From assembly GCA_001769385.1 (NCBI GenBank), contig MEPB01000048.1:21548-85547 (forward strand): 64,000 bases of DNA. The letters are read 5' to 3'. Under the pieces are notes generated by a model, which saw only the letters and a program-made list of their open reading frames with translations, searched no databases and had not been told where the DNA came from. Source of the stretch: Bacteroidetes bacterium RIFCSPLOWO2_12_FULL_35_15. Its GTDB lineage: Bacteria > Bacteroidota > Bacteroidia > 2-12-FULL-35-15. Made by a program: the position numbers and the translations under genes. Below, piece after piece: positions 10,043 through 19,431 of the stretch; within the stretch, counting starts at the first letter, position 1, and the number at the start of each line of letters is the position of its first letter.

Positions 10043-10996
10043 ATGGAAACAACAATTTTAGAAAAAACGACCATGTTATCAGAAACATTAAAAAAAATCA
10101 AACGCCCTGAATTAAAGGATATCCTTAAAATTCAACAAGGCATTATCAGAGCAACGCATGAATTCATGCATAAAAAAGATGTAGTACAGCTTATGCCTAT
10201 AATGTTATCTGCAATTACCGACCCTTTGAATCATAGTGTTGTTGACGCTTCAATTAACTATGCAGACCAAAAATGGAGCTTAACAAAATCAATGATCTTT
10301 CATAAGCAATTAGCTTTAATAAACCCTTCGCTTGATGCCATTTATATTGTTTCTCCAAATGTTAGGTTAGAGTCGAAAGACCGTGCCGGTACCGGAAGAC
10401 ATTTATTTGAATTTACCCAGGTAGATTTTGAATTTAAACGAAAAGATAAAGAATTTGTAATGGCTTTTATGGAAGAACTGATTGCTTTTGTTTTTGATTC
10501 TTTGAACAAGCAGCTTCCGGAAATCATTATTAAATTAAGAGGAGAGTTGCTTCCTGTTTTTAAGAAATTAATAACATACAGAACGGAGGAATTGGAAGCA
10601 GAATTGGGTGAAGATTATGAATTTAAAAAATCAAAAGAAAGTCTGGAACCTTTTTGGTTAGTAAATCATAAACGCGAATTTTACGACAAAGAAGATATGT
10701 CGAAACCAGGAACATTTTTAAACTATGATATTATTTGGCCGGAAGGTTATGGCGAAGGTTTATCCGGTGCAGAACGTGAATATGAATATACACAAATTTT
10801 AAAACGGATGGAAGAAACCGGAACTAATAAAGAAGTGTTTAAAGATTATTTATCTGTTGCAAAACAAGAGGGGTTTATTCCAACAGCCGGTGCAGGGTTT
10901 GGCGTAGAACGGATGACACGTTATATTTGCCAATTAAAAGATGTTGACGAAGTCACTGTGTTTTCAAGAAAACCATATAGTGAATTGATGTTTTAA
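10043..10996 (+). CDS. asnA: Aspartate--ammonia ligase (asparagine synthetase A, AsnRS-catalytic-domain-like)
   Basis: Class II aaRS-like motifs (HLFEFTQVDFE, GAGFGVERMTRYI) are present without an anticodon-binding domain. The product is ~317 aa. It is divergently paired with an AsnC regulator, as at the E. coli asnC-asnA locus. Confidence 0.5.
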   Translation: METTILEKTTMLSETLKKIKRPELKDILKIQQGIIRATHEFMHKKDVVQLMPIMLSAITDPLNHSVVDASINYADQKWSLTKSMIFHKQLALINPSLDAIYIVSPNVRLESKDRAGTGRHLFEFTQVDFEFKRKDKEFVMAFMEELIAFVFDSLNKQLPEIIIKLRGELLPVFKKLITYRTEELEAELGEDYEFKKSKESLEPFWLVNHKREFYDKEDMSKPGTFLNYDIIWPEGYGEGLSGAEREYEYTQILKRMEETGTNKEVFKDYLSVAKQEGFIPTAGAGFGVERMTRYICQLKDVDEVTVFSRKPYSELMF

Positions 10997-11059
10997 TATT
11001 TGTATGACCTGAAGTAAAAAGGAGTAGCGGAAGTGCAGTATCCCGCTTCTAATGTTGGC

Positions 11060-11095
11060 TATGTTGAAGGAGCGGCTTTCTCCGCTCCTTTTTTT
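11060..11095 (+). terminator. Rho-independent terminator downstream of asnA-like gene
   Basis: Stem ggagcggctttctccgctcc followed by a T-run. Confidence 0.5.
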
Positions 11096-11188
11096 GATAA
11101 AACAAGGTTGTAATGTTTTGATTATAAGGAAGCACTTTGTGATGCTATAAAAAAAAGAGTTATTAACTGAAAAGAAAGTTGCAATTAA

Positions 11189-11548
11189 TTATTGCTTTTT
11201 ATAATGATCCCTTATCACCACCTTTTGCAATTCGCGTTTGATGATCAGATCGGTAACAATTACCGAAAATGATTCTGAGGAATTTTCATTTACTGCTTTT
11301 TTAATTTGAACATCGCTCACATCAATACGATAAAGAATTCCCATAAATTTTTGTTGGTTGTTCTCTATTAAATTTTTTATGTGGGGTTCTATCTGTTCAA
11401 ACAATTCCTGGTATGCATTATAGGCGTTACCGGAAAATTTTATTTCCATCCCGAACATATCAAAATCCTTGATGATTTGATTGGCTGTGTCTTTTATCAG
11501 GTCAAGACGATTGAAATATTTTGTTAGATCGGTAAAGTTCATTTGCAA
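11189..11548 (-). CDS. Hypothetical protein (119 aa)
   Basis: Intact ORF whose start codon lies 1 bp downstream of the upstream gene's stop (11548/11550). No recognised motif. Confidence 0.4.
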   Translation of the reverse strand: MQMNFTDLTKYFNRLDLIKDTANQIIKDFDMFGMEIKFSGNAYNAYQELFEQIEPHIKNLIENNQQKFMGILYRIDVSDVQIKKAVNENSSESFSVIVTDLIIKRELQKVVIRDHYKKQ

Positions 11549-11549
11549 T

Positions 11550-12839
11550 TTATTTCAAATCGTATTTCTTTTTATACTTTTCGTAAAGCTTTTTTTGATC
11601 ATTGTTCAGATCAATACTAATTCCTTTTATAAAAGCAAGTTCCACATTATTTGTCCGCATATCCAACACATCACCGGTTGAAATAAAAAGTGTTGCATCT
11701 TTTCCTGCTTCTATACTTCCGGTTGAGTTATCTATCCCTAAAATTTTTGCAGTACTCAATGTAATTGCTTTTAAGGCTTGTTCTTTTGTTAGTCCGTATG
11801 CCGCAGCTGTACCGGCCATAAATGGCAAGTTGCGTGTTTCCATAGCTTCCATGTCTCCTGAGTTATCTAAACAAAAAAGTACTCCTGCTTGTTGTAATAA
11901 GTACGGAAGTTTATAAGGCAGATTAACATCATCTTCCGGATGTTCAGGCAAACTATGAACTCGTGCAACAATTACCGAAATATAATTCTCACGCAACAGA
12001 TCAGTTACCATCCAACTATCTTTGCCGCCAACAACAGTAGTTTTTTTAATTCCATTTTGTTTCGAAAAATTTACTGCCTCAATTATTTCTTTTGCATTAT
12101 CGGTATGTATAAATAATGTTTGTGTTCCATTGAAAAGACCTTTCATTGCTTCGAATCGAAGGTTTTTTTCTTCGACTACTTCTGTTTCATTATACGCTTT
12201 TGCATCGAAAAAAAGTTTTTTCAGATCAGCGGTTTGTTTAGTGTAATTTTTATTTTTTTCATACGGTCCAGGGTAAATATTGTCTTCGTCCAGATACTTA
12301 CGGATCTGCATTTTTGGCCAATTCAGATGTATGCCATCGTCAATTTTATAAGCGGCATCTTCCCAGTTCCAGCCATCTAACTTAACAATACTTGAAGTGC
12401 CGGAGATTATTCCTCCTCGAGGTGTTATCTGAGCTAATAAAACACCATTGGTTCTTACTGTTGAAATAATCTTTGAATCTGTATTGTATGCGATCAATGA
12501 ACGAACATTTGGTAAGGTGGAGCCAACTTCTTTAAAATCACTAGTTGCACGTATCGATTCCATTTCAATTAAACCTAAAGTAGAATTGGGAGAAATAATT
12601 CCCGGATAAATGTGCTTGCCTGTTGCATCTATTTTTTCATCATAGTTGCCGAGTTCGACTTTCGTTTTTGAAGCATCAATTACTTCGGTTATTTTACCGT
12701 TTTTTATTCCAATGTAGGAATTTTGAATAACACTGTCGGTTCCTAAATGAGCTATTCCATTCATGAGCAAAATGCTTTTTGTTTGAGCACTAGCGGTGAT
12801 GGTGATAAATGTGGTTAGGAGTAAAAAAAATTTTCTCAT
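11550..12839 (-). CDS. Amidohydrolase family protein (metal-dependent hydrolase), secreted
   Basis: Signal peptide and an amidohydrolase fold signature (IDATGKHIYPGIISPNSTLGL). 429 aa. Confidence 0.7.
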   Translation of the reverse strand: MRKFFLLLTTFITITASAQTKSILLMNGIAHLGTDSVIQNSYIGIKNGKITEVIDASKTKVELGNYDEKIDATGKHIYPGIISPNSTLGLIEMESIRATSDFKEVGSTLPNVRSLIAYNTDSKIISTVRTNGVLLAQITPRGGIISGTSSIVKLDGWNWEDAAYKIDDGIHLNWPKMQIRKYLDEDNIYPGPYEKNKNYTKQTADLKKLFFDAKAYNETEVVEEKNLRFEAMKGLFNGTQTLFIHTDNAKEIIEAVNFSKQNGIKKTTVVGGKDSWMVTDLLRENYISVIVARVHSLPEHPEDDVNLPYKLPYLLQQAGVLFCLDNSGDMEAMETRNLPFMAGTAAAYGLTKEQALKAITLSTAKILGIDNSTGSIEAGKDATLFISTGDVLDMRTNNVELAFIKGISIDLNNDQKKLYEKYKKKYDLK

Positions 12840-12859
12840 GGTTTGGTTTATATATACTG

Positions 12860-13310
12860 GATATTATGGTACGCAGATCTTTTAGGATTTTTAAGATTAA
12901 AAATGATTTTGTTTTATTCTATAATTATGATTTTAGGTTTTGACTGTTTTATATACTTGGTATTATGGTACGCAGATCTATATGAATTTTTATGATTTAA
13001 AATGATTTGGTTTTATGTTATAATTATGATTTTAGGTGTTGGCTGTTTTATTTAGTTGGTATTATGGTACGCAGATCTATATGAATTTTTATGATTTAAA
13101 ATGATTTGGTTTTATGTTATAATTATGATTTTAGGTGTTGACTGTTTTATATACTTGGTGTTATGGTATGCAGATCTTTTAAGATCTTTAAGATTAAAAA
13201 TGATTTTGTTTTATGCTATAATTATGATTATGATTTTATGTATTGACTGTTTTATATACTTGGTATTATGGTACGCAGATTTATTAAGATTTTTAAGATC
13301 AAAAAAGATT
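12860..13310. repeat. Tandem array of 5 direct repeats (~99 bp unit) of the tatggtacgcagat family
   Basis: Unit starts are near 12863, 12961, 13060, 13159 and 13264. The 82-aa ORF at 13101-13349 is a repeat artefact. Confidence 0.85.
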
Positions 13311-13311
13311 T

Positions 13312-13731
13312 TTATGTTGTTGAGGTTAAGATTATTTTATGTTTCTTGAATTCGTTGGAAAGAACCTTTCTTTTGTATTGTGGCTCTGTTCCAAAATTAA
13401 GAAGTAAGCCAACTTCCATCTCTGTTGCCCTTAAATAGTTGACTAACTGGATTTCATGTTCAATGATAATTTCTTCAACAGCCTTTAATTCAATCACTAT
13501 AAGATTTTCTACAACAATATCTGCAAAATAGGAACCCACAACTTCCCCTTCATAATAAACAGTTATTGGTTTTTGTTTTTCGCATTTTAGTTTCAACTTT
13601 TTTAACTCGATAGTTAATGCATTTTCATAAACTTTTTCATAGAATCCATAACCAATCGTGTTATAAACATTAAAAAATGCTTTTAATATTAGTCCTGTAA
13701 TTCCAGAATGTTTAAAGTTGTCATCCATCAT
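13312..13731 (-). CDS. GxxExxY family protein (PD-(D/E)XK nuclease-like)
   Basis: 139 aa. Contains G-F-Y-E-K-V-Y-E-N-A (GxxExxY) and the acidic/lysine residues IVVENLIVIELKA. It is flanked by the repeat array and its inverted copy. Confidence 0.7.
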   Translation of the reverse strand: MMDDNFKHSGITGLILKAFFNVYNTIGYGFYEKVYENALTIELKKLKLKCEKQKPITVYYEGEVVGSYFADIVVENLIVIELKAVEEIIIEHEIQLVNYLRATEMEVGLLLNFGTEPQYKRKVLSNEFKKHKIILTSTT

Positions 13732-13759
13732 AAAAAAAGCATAATCATTTTAAATCATA

Positions 13760-13790
13760 AAAATTCATATAGATCTGCGTACCAATAATT
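13760..13790. repeat. Inverted partial copy of the array repeat core
   Basis: atagatctgcgtacc is the reverse complement of ggtacgcagatctat. Confidence 0.6.
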
Positions 13791-16700
13791 TAATTCTCTC
13801 TCAAATATTCTTTTTCAATACTTTCGCATTCATACAATTTCTGTTTTTTTACGACAGGTTTTTGTGTTGCTGCTCCGGTCTTTTTTTCATCCAGCATTTT
13901 TTGAATGATACGTGCCCTCTCTTTCTGAATCTCTTGTCGCAATTTCAGATCTTCTTCCGTATCATAATAAATATGCCCATCAATAATTGTCTTTTCAACT
14001 TTTGCATAGATCGACAATGGATTATCGGACCATAAAACCACATCCGCATCTTTACCCACTTTAATACTTCCTACTTTTTTATCGATGTGTAACAATTTTG
14101 CCGGATTGAGTGTAACCATTTTCAAAGCATCTTCTTCGCTCATTCCACCATATTTCACTGATTTTGCAGCTTCCTGATTTAATCTGCGACCCATTTCAGC
14201 ATCATCTGAATTGATTGCTGTTGTAATTCCCATTTGTGTTAAAAGTGCTGCATTGTATGGAATGGCATCTTGCACTTCCATTTTATAAGCCCACCAATCA
14301 CTGAAAGAAGAAGCGCCTGCACCATGCGATTTCATTTTATCTGCTACTTTATATCCTTCTAAAATATGTGTGAACGTATTTACTTTAAATCCCATTGAAT
14401 CGGCAACATGCATCAGCATATTTAATTCAGATTGAACATAGGAATGACAAGTAATAAAACGTTTTTGGTTTAAAATTTCTGCCAATGCTTCTAGTTCCAG
14501 ATTCCTGCGAAATGGAGTTGTTGTAGCTTTTACTTTTTCTGATAAAGCTTCAAAGGATTTTTGTTTTGCATCGTATTCTTTCGCTCTGGTAAAATAATCG
14601 TAATACACTTGCTCCACACCCATACGCGTTTGCGGAAAACGCAGGGTGCTGAAATCACCGGCATTACTTTGTTTCACATTTTCACCCAATGCAAATTTGA
14701 TGAAGCCATCTGCTTTGGCAAATTTCATTTCTTCGGGTGATTTTCCCCAGCGTAATTTTATAAGAGCTGATTGTCCGCCAATCGGATTTGATGATCCGTG
14801 AAGTAATTGAGAAGTGGTAACTCCACCGGAAAGTTGTCTGTAGATATTAATATCCTCCGGATTAATTACATCACCTATTCGAACTTCTGAACTGGATGCT
14901 TGTGTGCTTTCATTAACACCGTTTGCAATTGCAATGTGTGAATGTTCATCAATAATTCCTGCAGTAAGATGTTTTCCTGTTCCATCAATTACCTTTGCAA
15001 AAGCAAGTTTGGGTGCACCAATATCATCCGCAATACGAACAATGCGTCCTTCAGTAATATATACATCCTGATTTTTTAAAACACCTTCTGATTCATTTGT
15101 CCAAACAGTAACATGTTTAATTAAGATGGCATCATAACGCGTTTTTAGATCATAAATAATTTTATTGAATCCATCACGGTCGTTAAGTGGTTTACCATAA
15201 GCACAAAACGGATAAATGACTTGTCCGTATTTCAGAACATCTTTTTTTACAGAATCTTTTTTCACAGATTCTTTTTTTATTTCTGTTATTAATTTAAATG
15301 TTGCACTCCAGTCGAGCCATTCGCCATCCGGAGTTTGCCCTTTCCCATTCATTGTTAATGATTCCGTATTAATAGTTCCGCTCAAACGAATGGTGCCTTT
15401 CATATCTTTAGGGTTAAAATTCAGGGAAACCGAATTGCCGAATACTATAACATTTACAGGTGTTTTAGCAGTGTCAATTAAAATATAGCCTTTTAGTTTG
15501 TCTGGTTCTCCTTCAATTTTTAATTGGTACAATCGTTTATTTCCATAAGCAAAATCATAATTGCCTCTTACATCAATAGTGCTGTAATCATTTATTTTAT
15601 AAGGATTTCCCTGAATCCAGTTTTCATAAATGATCGTTTTCTCATCAAATAAATTACCGGAAGTGATGATGAAATTTGCGATCATTCCGCTTTTTAATTT
15701 GCCTAGTTTATCTGAGATGTTTAATAATTCAGCAGGTGTGGAGGTGAGTGATCTCAATGCTTGTTTTTCTGATAAACCATAACTGATCGCTTTGCGTAAA
15801 TTTTTCCAGAAATCTTTTTTATCTTTCAGGTCAGCGGTTGTTAGTGCAAACGGAATAAAATATTTTTCCATCGCAACAGGATTTGCAGGAGCCATTTCCC
15901 AATGTTTTAATTCTGTTAATGAAACATTGATTGCATCGTAAGGGTCTTCAACATCGTATGCAATGGGGAAATTAAGAGGGATAATGAATTTACAATTCGT
16001 TGCTTTTATATCATCTAAACTTTGATATTCGGTTCCGCTTCCTTTGATGATGTAATTAATTTTAAATTCTTTTCCGATCTTATCGGCACGTAACACATTG
16101 AATTTGTCGGTTGTTTCGAAAATCTGCGGAAGCATTTGTAAATTATTAAATGCTTCAAGTGAAATATTAACCTCTCCCCCTGTCTCTCTCCTGGAGGCGA
16201 GAGGAGTTTGGTTTTTATACCAATCGGCATCCAGATAGGTCTGGCGAATTAATGCTATAGTACCCATTAAGGAGGAGGGATAATCTTGTGTGGAACATCC
16301 TTTGTCAAATGAAAATAGTGCTGCTGCTTTGTCGCTTAGGATCAATAAATTTTCTTTCCCATCGGCCAAAGAAACGATTGTGCCTGAACCTCTTACTATT
16401 CCATCTTTCTGAAAAGTTAAAACAGCACCAAATCCTAATTTCCGAAACTCATCTGCCGACAGGTTATTACCGGCAAAAATTTTAAATGCTTCTGTTTCTG
16501 CTTTCACAGCTTGATTCCATCCATAGGCACCTTTTGTATTGCTACCCATTTGTGGCAGCATCCCTTTGTAAATAGTTTTATTTTCGGGCATACCATAATT
16601 GGTATATGCATCGATCAGTGCCGGATAAATTGACTTTCCTTTCAAGTCAAATATTACAGAACCTTTTGGTATTGAAACTTTTGTTCCAACTTGTATAATG

Positions 16701-16885
16701 ATCCCGTCCTTTATTAATAGAGTTGCATTGTCGATAGTTTCATCGGCATCCACAATAATCTTAGCATTTGTAAATGCATAAACAGTGTGATTTGGGTTTG
16801 TTGTTCCGTTAACAGGAAAGGTTTCCTGTGCTAAGGAGAAACATCCAATTAATAAGGTGAATACGAGTGTAACTAAATTTTTCAT
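13790..16885 (-). CDS. Large secreted amidohydrolase family protein (two amidohydrolase-like regions)
   Basis: 1031 aa with a signal peptide. N- and C-terminal amidohydrolase signatures (HSHIAIANGVNE; HVADSMGFKVNTFTHILEG). It is the neighbour of the smaller amidohydrolase. Confidence 0.7.
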   Translation of the reverse strand: MKNLVTLVFTLLIGCFSLAQETFPVNGTTNPNHTVYAFTNAKIIVDADETIDNATLLIKDGIIIQVGTKVSIPKGSVIFDLKGKSIYPALIDAYTNYGMPENKTIYKGMLPQMGSNTKGAYGWNQAVKAETEAFKIFAGNNLSADEFRKLGFGAVLTFQKDGIVRGSGTIVSLADGKENLLILSDKAAALFSFDKGCSTQDYPSSLMGTIALIRQTYLDADWYKNQTPLASRRETGGEVNISLEAFNNLQMLPQIFETTDKFNVLRADKIGKEFKINYIIKGSGTEYQSLDDIKATNCKFIIPLNFPIAYDVEDPYDAINVSLTELKHWEMAPANPVAMEKYFIPFALTTADLKDKKDFWKNLRKAISYGLSEKQALRSLTSTPAELLNISDKLGKLKSGMIANFIITSGNLFDEKTIIYENWIQGNPYKINDYSTIDVRGNYDFAYGNKRLYQLKIEGEPDKLKGYILIDTAKTPVNVIVFGNSVSLNFNPKDMKGTIRLSGTINTESLTMNGKGQTPDGEWLDWSATFKLITEIKKESVKKDSVKKDVLKYGQVIYPFCAYGKPLNDRDGFNKIIYDLKTRYDAILIKHVTVWTNESEGVLKNQDVYITEGRIVRIADDIGAPKLAFAKVIDGTGKHLTAGIIDEHSHIAIANGVNESTQASSSEVRIGDVINPEDINIYRQLSGGVTTSQLLHGSSNPIGGQSALIKLRWGKSPEEMKFAKADGFIKFALGENVKQSNAGDFSTLRFPQTRMGVEQVYYDYFTRAKEYDAKQKSFEALSEKVKATTTPFRRNLELEALAEILNQKRFITCHSYVQSELNMLMHVADSMGFKVNTFTHILEGYKVADKMKSHGAGASSFSDWWAYKMEVQDAIPYNAALLTQMGITTAINSDDAEMGRRLNQEAAKSVKYGGMSEEDALKMVTLNPAKLLHIDKKVGSIKVGKDADVVLWSDNPLSIYAKVEKTIIDGHIYYDTEEDLKLRQEIQKERARIIQKMLDEKKTGAATQKPVVKKQKLYECESIEKEYLREN

Positions 16886-16951
16886 TTTTGTATTTTTGCG
16901 CTTTATGAAGGAATAAAAACAAAAATAGTATTTAATCCGATAGCTATCGGA

Positions 16952-17662
16952 TTGATTTTATCTTCTATACGGACAAACAGTTTTATAGAAGGATTTTTAT
17001 TACTTTTACCTGAACAAAAATCTATATACATGTTAAAAGGATTATTACATACACACTTACTTTCGGTAATTTTATTTTTACTGATCTACCTCGTTAAAAC
17101 TTTTTTATTACTTGCCAATAAAAAGGAAGGCTTAGAAAAATTTACAAAAATGGTAAAGGTTCCCGAAATGATAATCAGCGTTTTATTTTTGGGTACAGGA
17201 ATTTATCTGTTAATGCAGTTTGGACTTACAAAACTTTTGTTAATTAAAATTATTGCTGTGTTTTTATCAATTCCATTGGCAATAATTGGCTTCAAAAAGA
17301 AAAACAAAGTTCTGGCATCCTTAGCTTTTTTATTAATTGTTGCTTCTTACGGACTTGCGGAAGTAAATAAAAAAAGAATAGAACGACAGATCGTTAATCC
17401 TAAACTTGCTGATATCACCAATCCGGATTATAATTTAGTAAAACACGGAGAAGCTGTTTATGTAGCGTATTGTCAGCGATGCCATGGTAAAGGAGGAACG
17501 AATGGACCCGGTGGTTTAGATTTAACAGTTTCAATAACAGATCGTGATACAAAAATAAACCGTGTGGTAATCGGTACCGATCTGATGGCCGGATTTAAAG
17601 ATGTGTTAAATTCTCAGGAAGTTGAAGCGGTGGTTGCCTATGTTGAAACTTTAAAAAAATAG
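16952..17662 (+). CDS. Membrane-anchored c-type cytochrome
   Basis: Several TM helices followed by a CQRCHG heme-binding motif. Confidence 0.6.
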   Translation: MILSSIRTNSFIEGFLLLLPEQKSIYMLKGLLHTHLLSVILFLLIYLVKTFLLLANKKEGLEKFTKMVKVPEMIISVLFLGTGIYLLMQFGLTKLLLIKIIAVFLSIPLAIIGFKKKNKVLASLAFLLIVASYGLAEVNKKRIERQIVNPKLADITNPDYNLVKHGEAVYVAYCQRCHGKGGTNGPGGLDLTVSITDRDTKINRVVIGTDLMAGFKDVLNSQEVEAVVAYVETLKK

Positions 17663-17717
17663 TTAGTGGTTAGGAATTGTTTAAATTTCTTAAAAATAAT
17701 TTATTAGTATCAAAAGT

Positions 17718-17805
17718 GTCATTCCCACCCTAGCGGAGGAATCTTTATATTTTTAAGCACAATGGTAATCAAGTAAAAAGATTTCTCGACTTCGCTCGAA
17801 ATGAC
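17718..17805. repeat. REP/MITE-like hairpin element (gtcattYcgaNcg...gagaaatc family)
   Basis: Inverted arms gtcattcccaccctagcggaggaatcttt and aaagatttctcgacttcgctcgaaatgac. Confidence 0.7.
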
Positions 17806-17911
17806 AATGTCCTTAAAAGAGAATGTTTTACTAAAATTTATAACAGCGTCTTAATAGAGGTAAGTTTGGGAAAGCACAGAACAATCAATAACTATAACTG
17901 GCAACTGAAAG

Positions 17912-19114
17912 ATGTACGATACCTCAAAGAAAAAAGAAACAGCCATTTTGGTTGGATTGATCAATAAAAGTCAGGATGAAGAAACGGTTGTTGAATATCT
18001 TGATGAGTTAGCTTTTTTGACTGAAACAGCCGGTGCGGATGTTGTGAAGCGTTTTACACAACGATTGGAACATCCTGATTCCCGTACATTTATTGGTTCC
18101 GGAAAATTAAATGAGGTCCGTAATTTTGTTCTTGAAAACAAAATTGATATTGTAATATTCGATGATGAACTTTCTCCTGCTCAACAACGGAATCTGGAGA
18201 AAGAAATAAATTTAGAGAAAGAAATTAAAATAAAAGTAGTTGATCGTACCCGGTTGATCCTCGATATTTTCGCTTCCCGTGCTCGTACTGCACATGCAAA
18301 AACACAAGTTGAATTAGCACAATCTATTTATTTATTACCGCGCCTCACCAAAATGTGGGACCACTTGGATCGTATCAAAGGTGGTATCGGGATGAAAGGA
18401 GCAGGGGAATCCGAAATTGAAACCGACAGACGTATTGTTCGTGATCGGATATCTTTACTGAAAGATCGCTTGAAGACCATCGACAGACAGATGGAAACAC
18501 AACGCAAAAGTCGTGGTGAAATGATACGCATTGCGTTGGTTGGTTATACCAATGTTGGTAAATCTACCATCATGAATATGTTGAGCAAAAGTGATGTGTT
18601 TGCCGAAAATAAATTGTTCGCCACATTAGATACAACAGTAAGAAAAGTAGTAATTGAAAATTTACCTTTCTTGCTTTCAGATACCGTTGGGTTTATCCGT
18701 AAATTGCCTACAACACTTGTAGAATCATTCAAATCAACCTTAGATGAAGTACGTGAGGCGGATATTTTAATTCATGTGGTGGATATTTCCCATCCGGGTT
18801 TCGAAGATCAAATTAATGTGGTAAATCAAACCTTAAGTGATATTGGTGCCGGGGATAAACCTATAATTCTGGTGTTTAATAAAATTGATGCCTTTACTTT
18901 TGAAGAAAAAGAAGCAGATGATCTGACCCCTATTACAAAAAGTAATTTAAGTTTAAATGATCTGAAAAAAACATGGATGAATAAATTGCAATCCGAGTGT
19001 TTGTTTATTTCTGCTACTAACAAACTGAATATTGATGAATTCAAAAAAGTGGTGTACGAAAAAGCAAAAGAGCTTCATCTGAAACGTTATCCATATAATA
19101 ACTTTTTGTATTGA
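17912..19114 (+). CDS. hflX: GTPase HflX
   Basis: HflX N-domain, G1 motif GYTNVGKST and DTVGF. 400 aa. Confidence 0.9.
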   Translation: MYDTSKKKETAILVGLINKSQDEETVVEYLDELAFLTETAGADVVKRFTQRLEHPDSRTFIGSGKLNEVRNFVLENKIDIVIFDDELSPAQQRNLEKEINLEKEIKIKVVDRTRLILDIFASRARTAHAKTQVELAQSIYLLPRLTKMWDHLDRIKGGIGMKGAGESEIETDRRIVRDRISLLKDRLKTIDRQMETQRKSRGEMIRIALVGYTNVGKSTIMNMLSKSDVFAENKLFATLDTTVRKVVIENLPFLLSDTVGFIRKLPTTLVESFKSTLDEVREADILIHVVDISHPGFEDQINVVNQTLSDIGAGDKPIILVFNKIDAFTFEEKEADDLTPITKSNLSLNDLKKTWMNKLQSECLFISATNKLNIDEFKKVVYEKAKELHLKRYPYNNFLY

Positions 19115-19143
19115 TTGGAGTTTGTGATGATTTGTTTCGGGAT

Positions 19144-19270
19144 GTCATTCCGACCGAAGTGGAGGAATCTTTATATTTATTCGCATAATTGTAAAAAGTA
19201 AAAAGATTTCTCCACTTCGGTCGAAATGACATTTAGGAACTGTCATTTCGACTGTAAGGAGAAATCTCAT
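19144..19270. repeat. REP/MITE-like hairpin element (1.5 units)
   Basis: Arms gtcattccgaccgaagtggaggaatcttt and aagatttctccacttcggtcgaaatgac, plus gtcatttcgactgtaaggagaaatctcat. Confidence 0.75.
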
Positions 19271-19431
19271 ATTGAATTCTATAATCATAAAAGCGCGTGG
19301 TCACTTCGAGTTCGACCGGAGGGAGAGTATCGAGAAGAAGAGGGAAAAAAATGAATCCAAACATGTTCTTAATACACTTTCCTGAAAAAGAAAGGTTAAC
19401 GAACCCAAAACCTGGATTATGAATAAATAAA

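Noticed and set aside
10043-10996. Asparaginyl- or aspartyl-tRNA synthetase
   Set aside because: It is only 317 aa and lacks the N-terminal OB-fold anticodon-binding domain. Together with the asnC neighbour this favours the AsnRS-like asparagine synthetase A.
13101-13349. 82-aa ORF (and the 65-aa ORF at 8153-8350) inside the repeat arrays
   Set aside because: The translations are periodic copies of the DNA repeat (e.g. ...CFIYLVLWYADLLRS... twice). They are an artefact of repeat periodicity being a multiple of 3, not genes.
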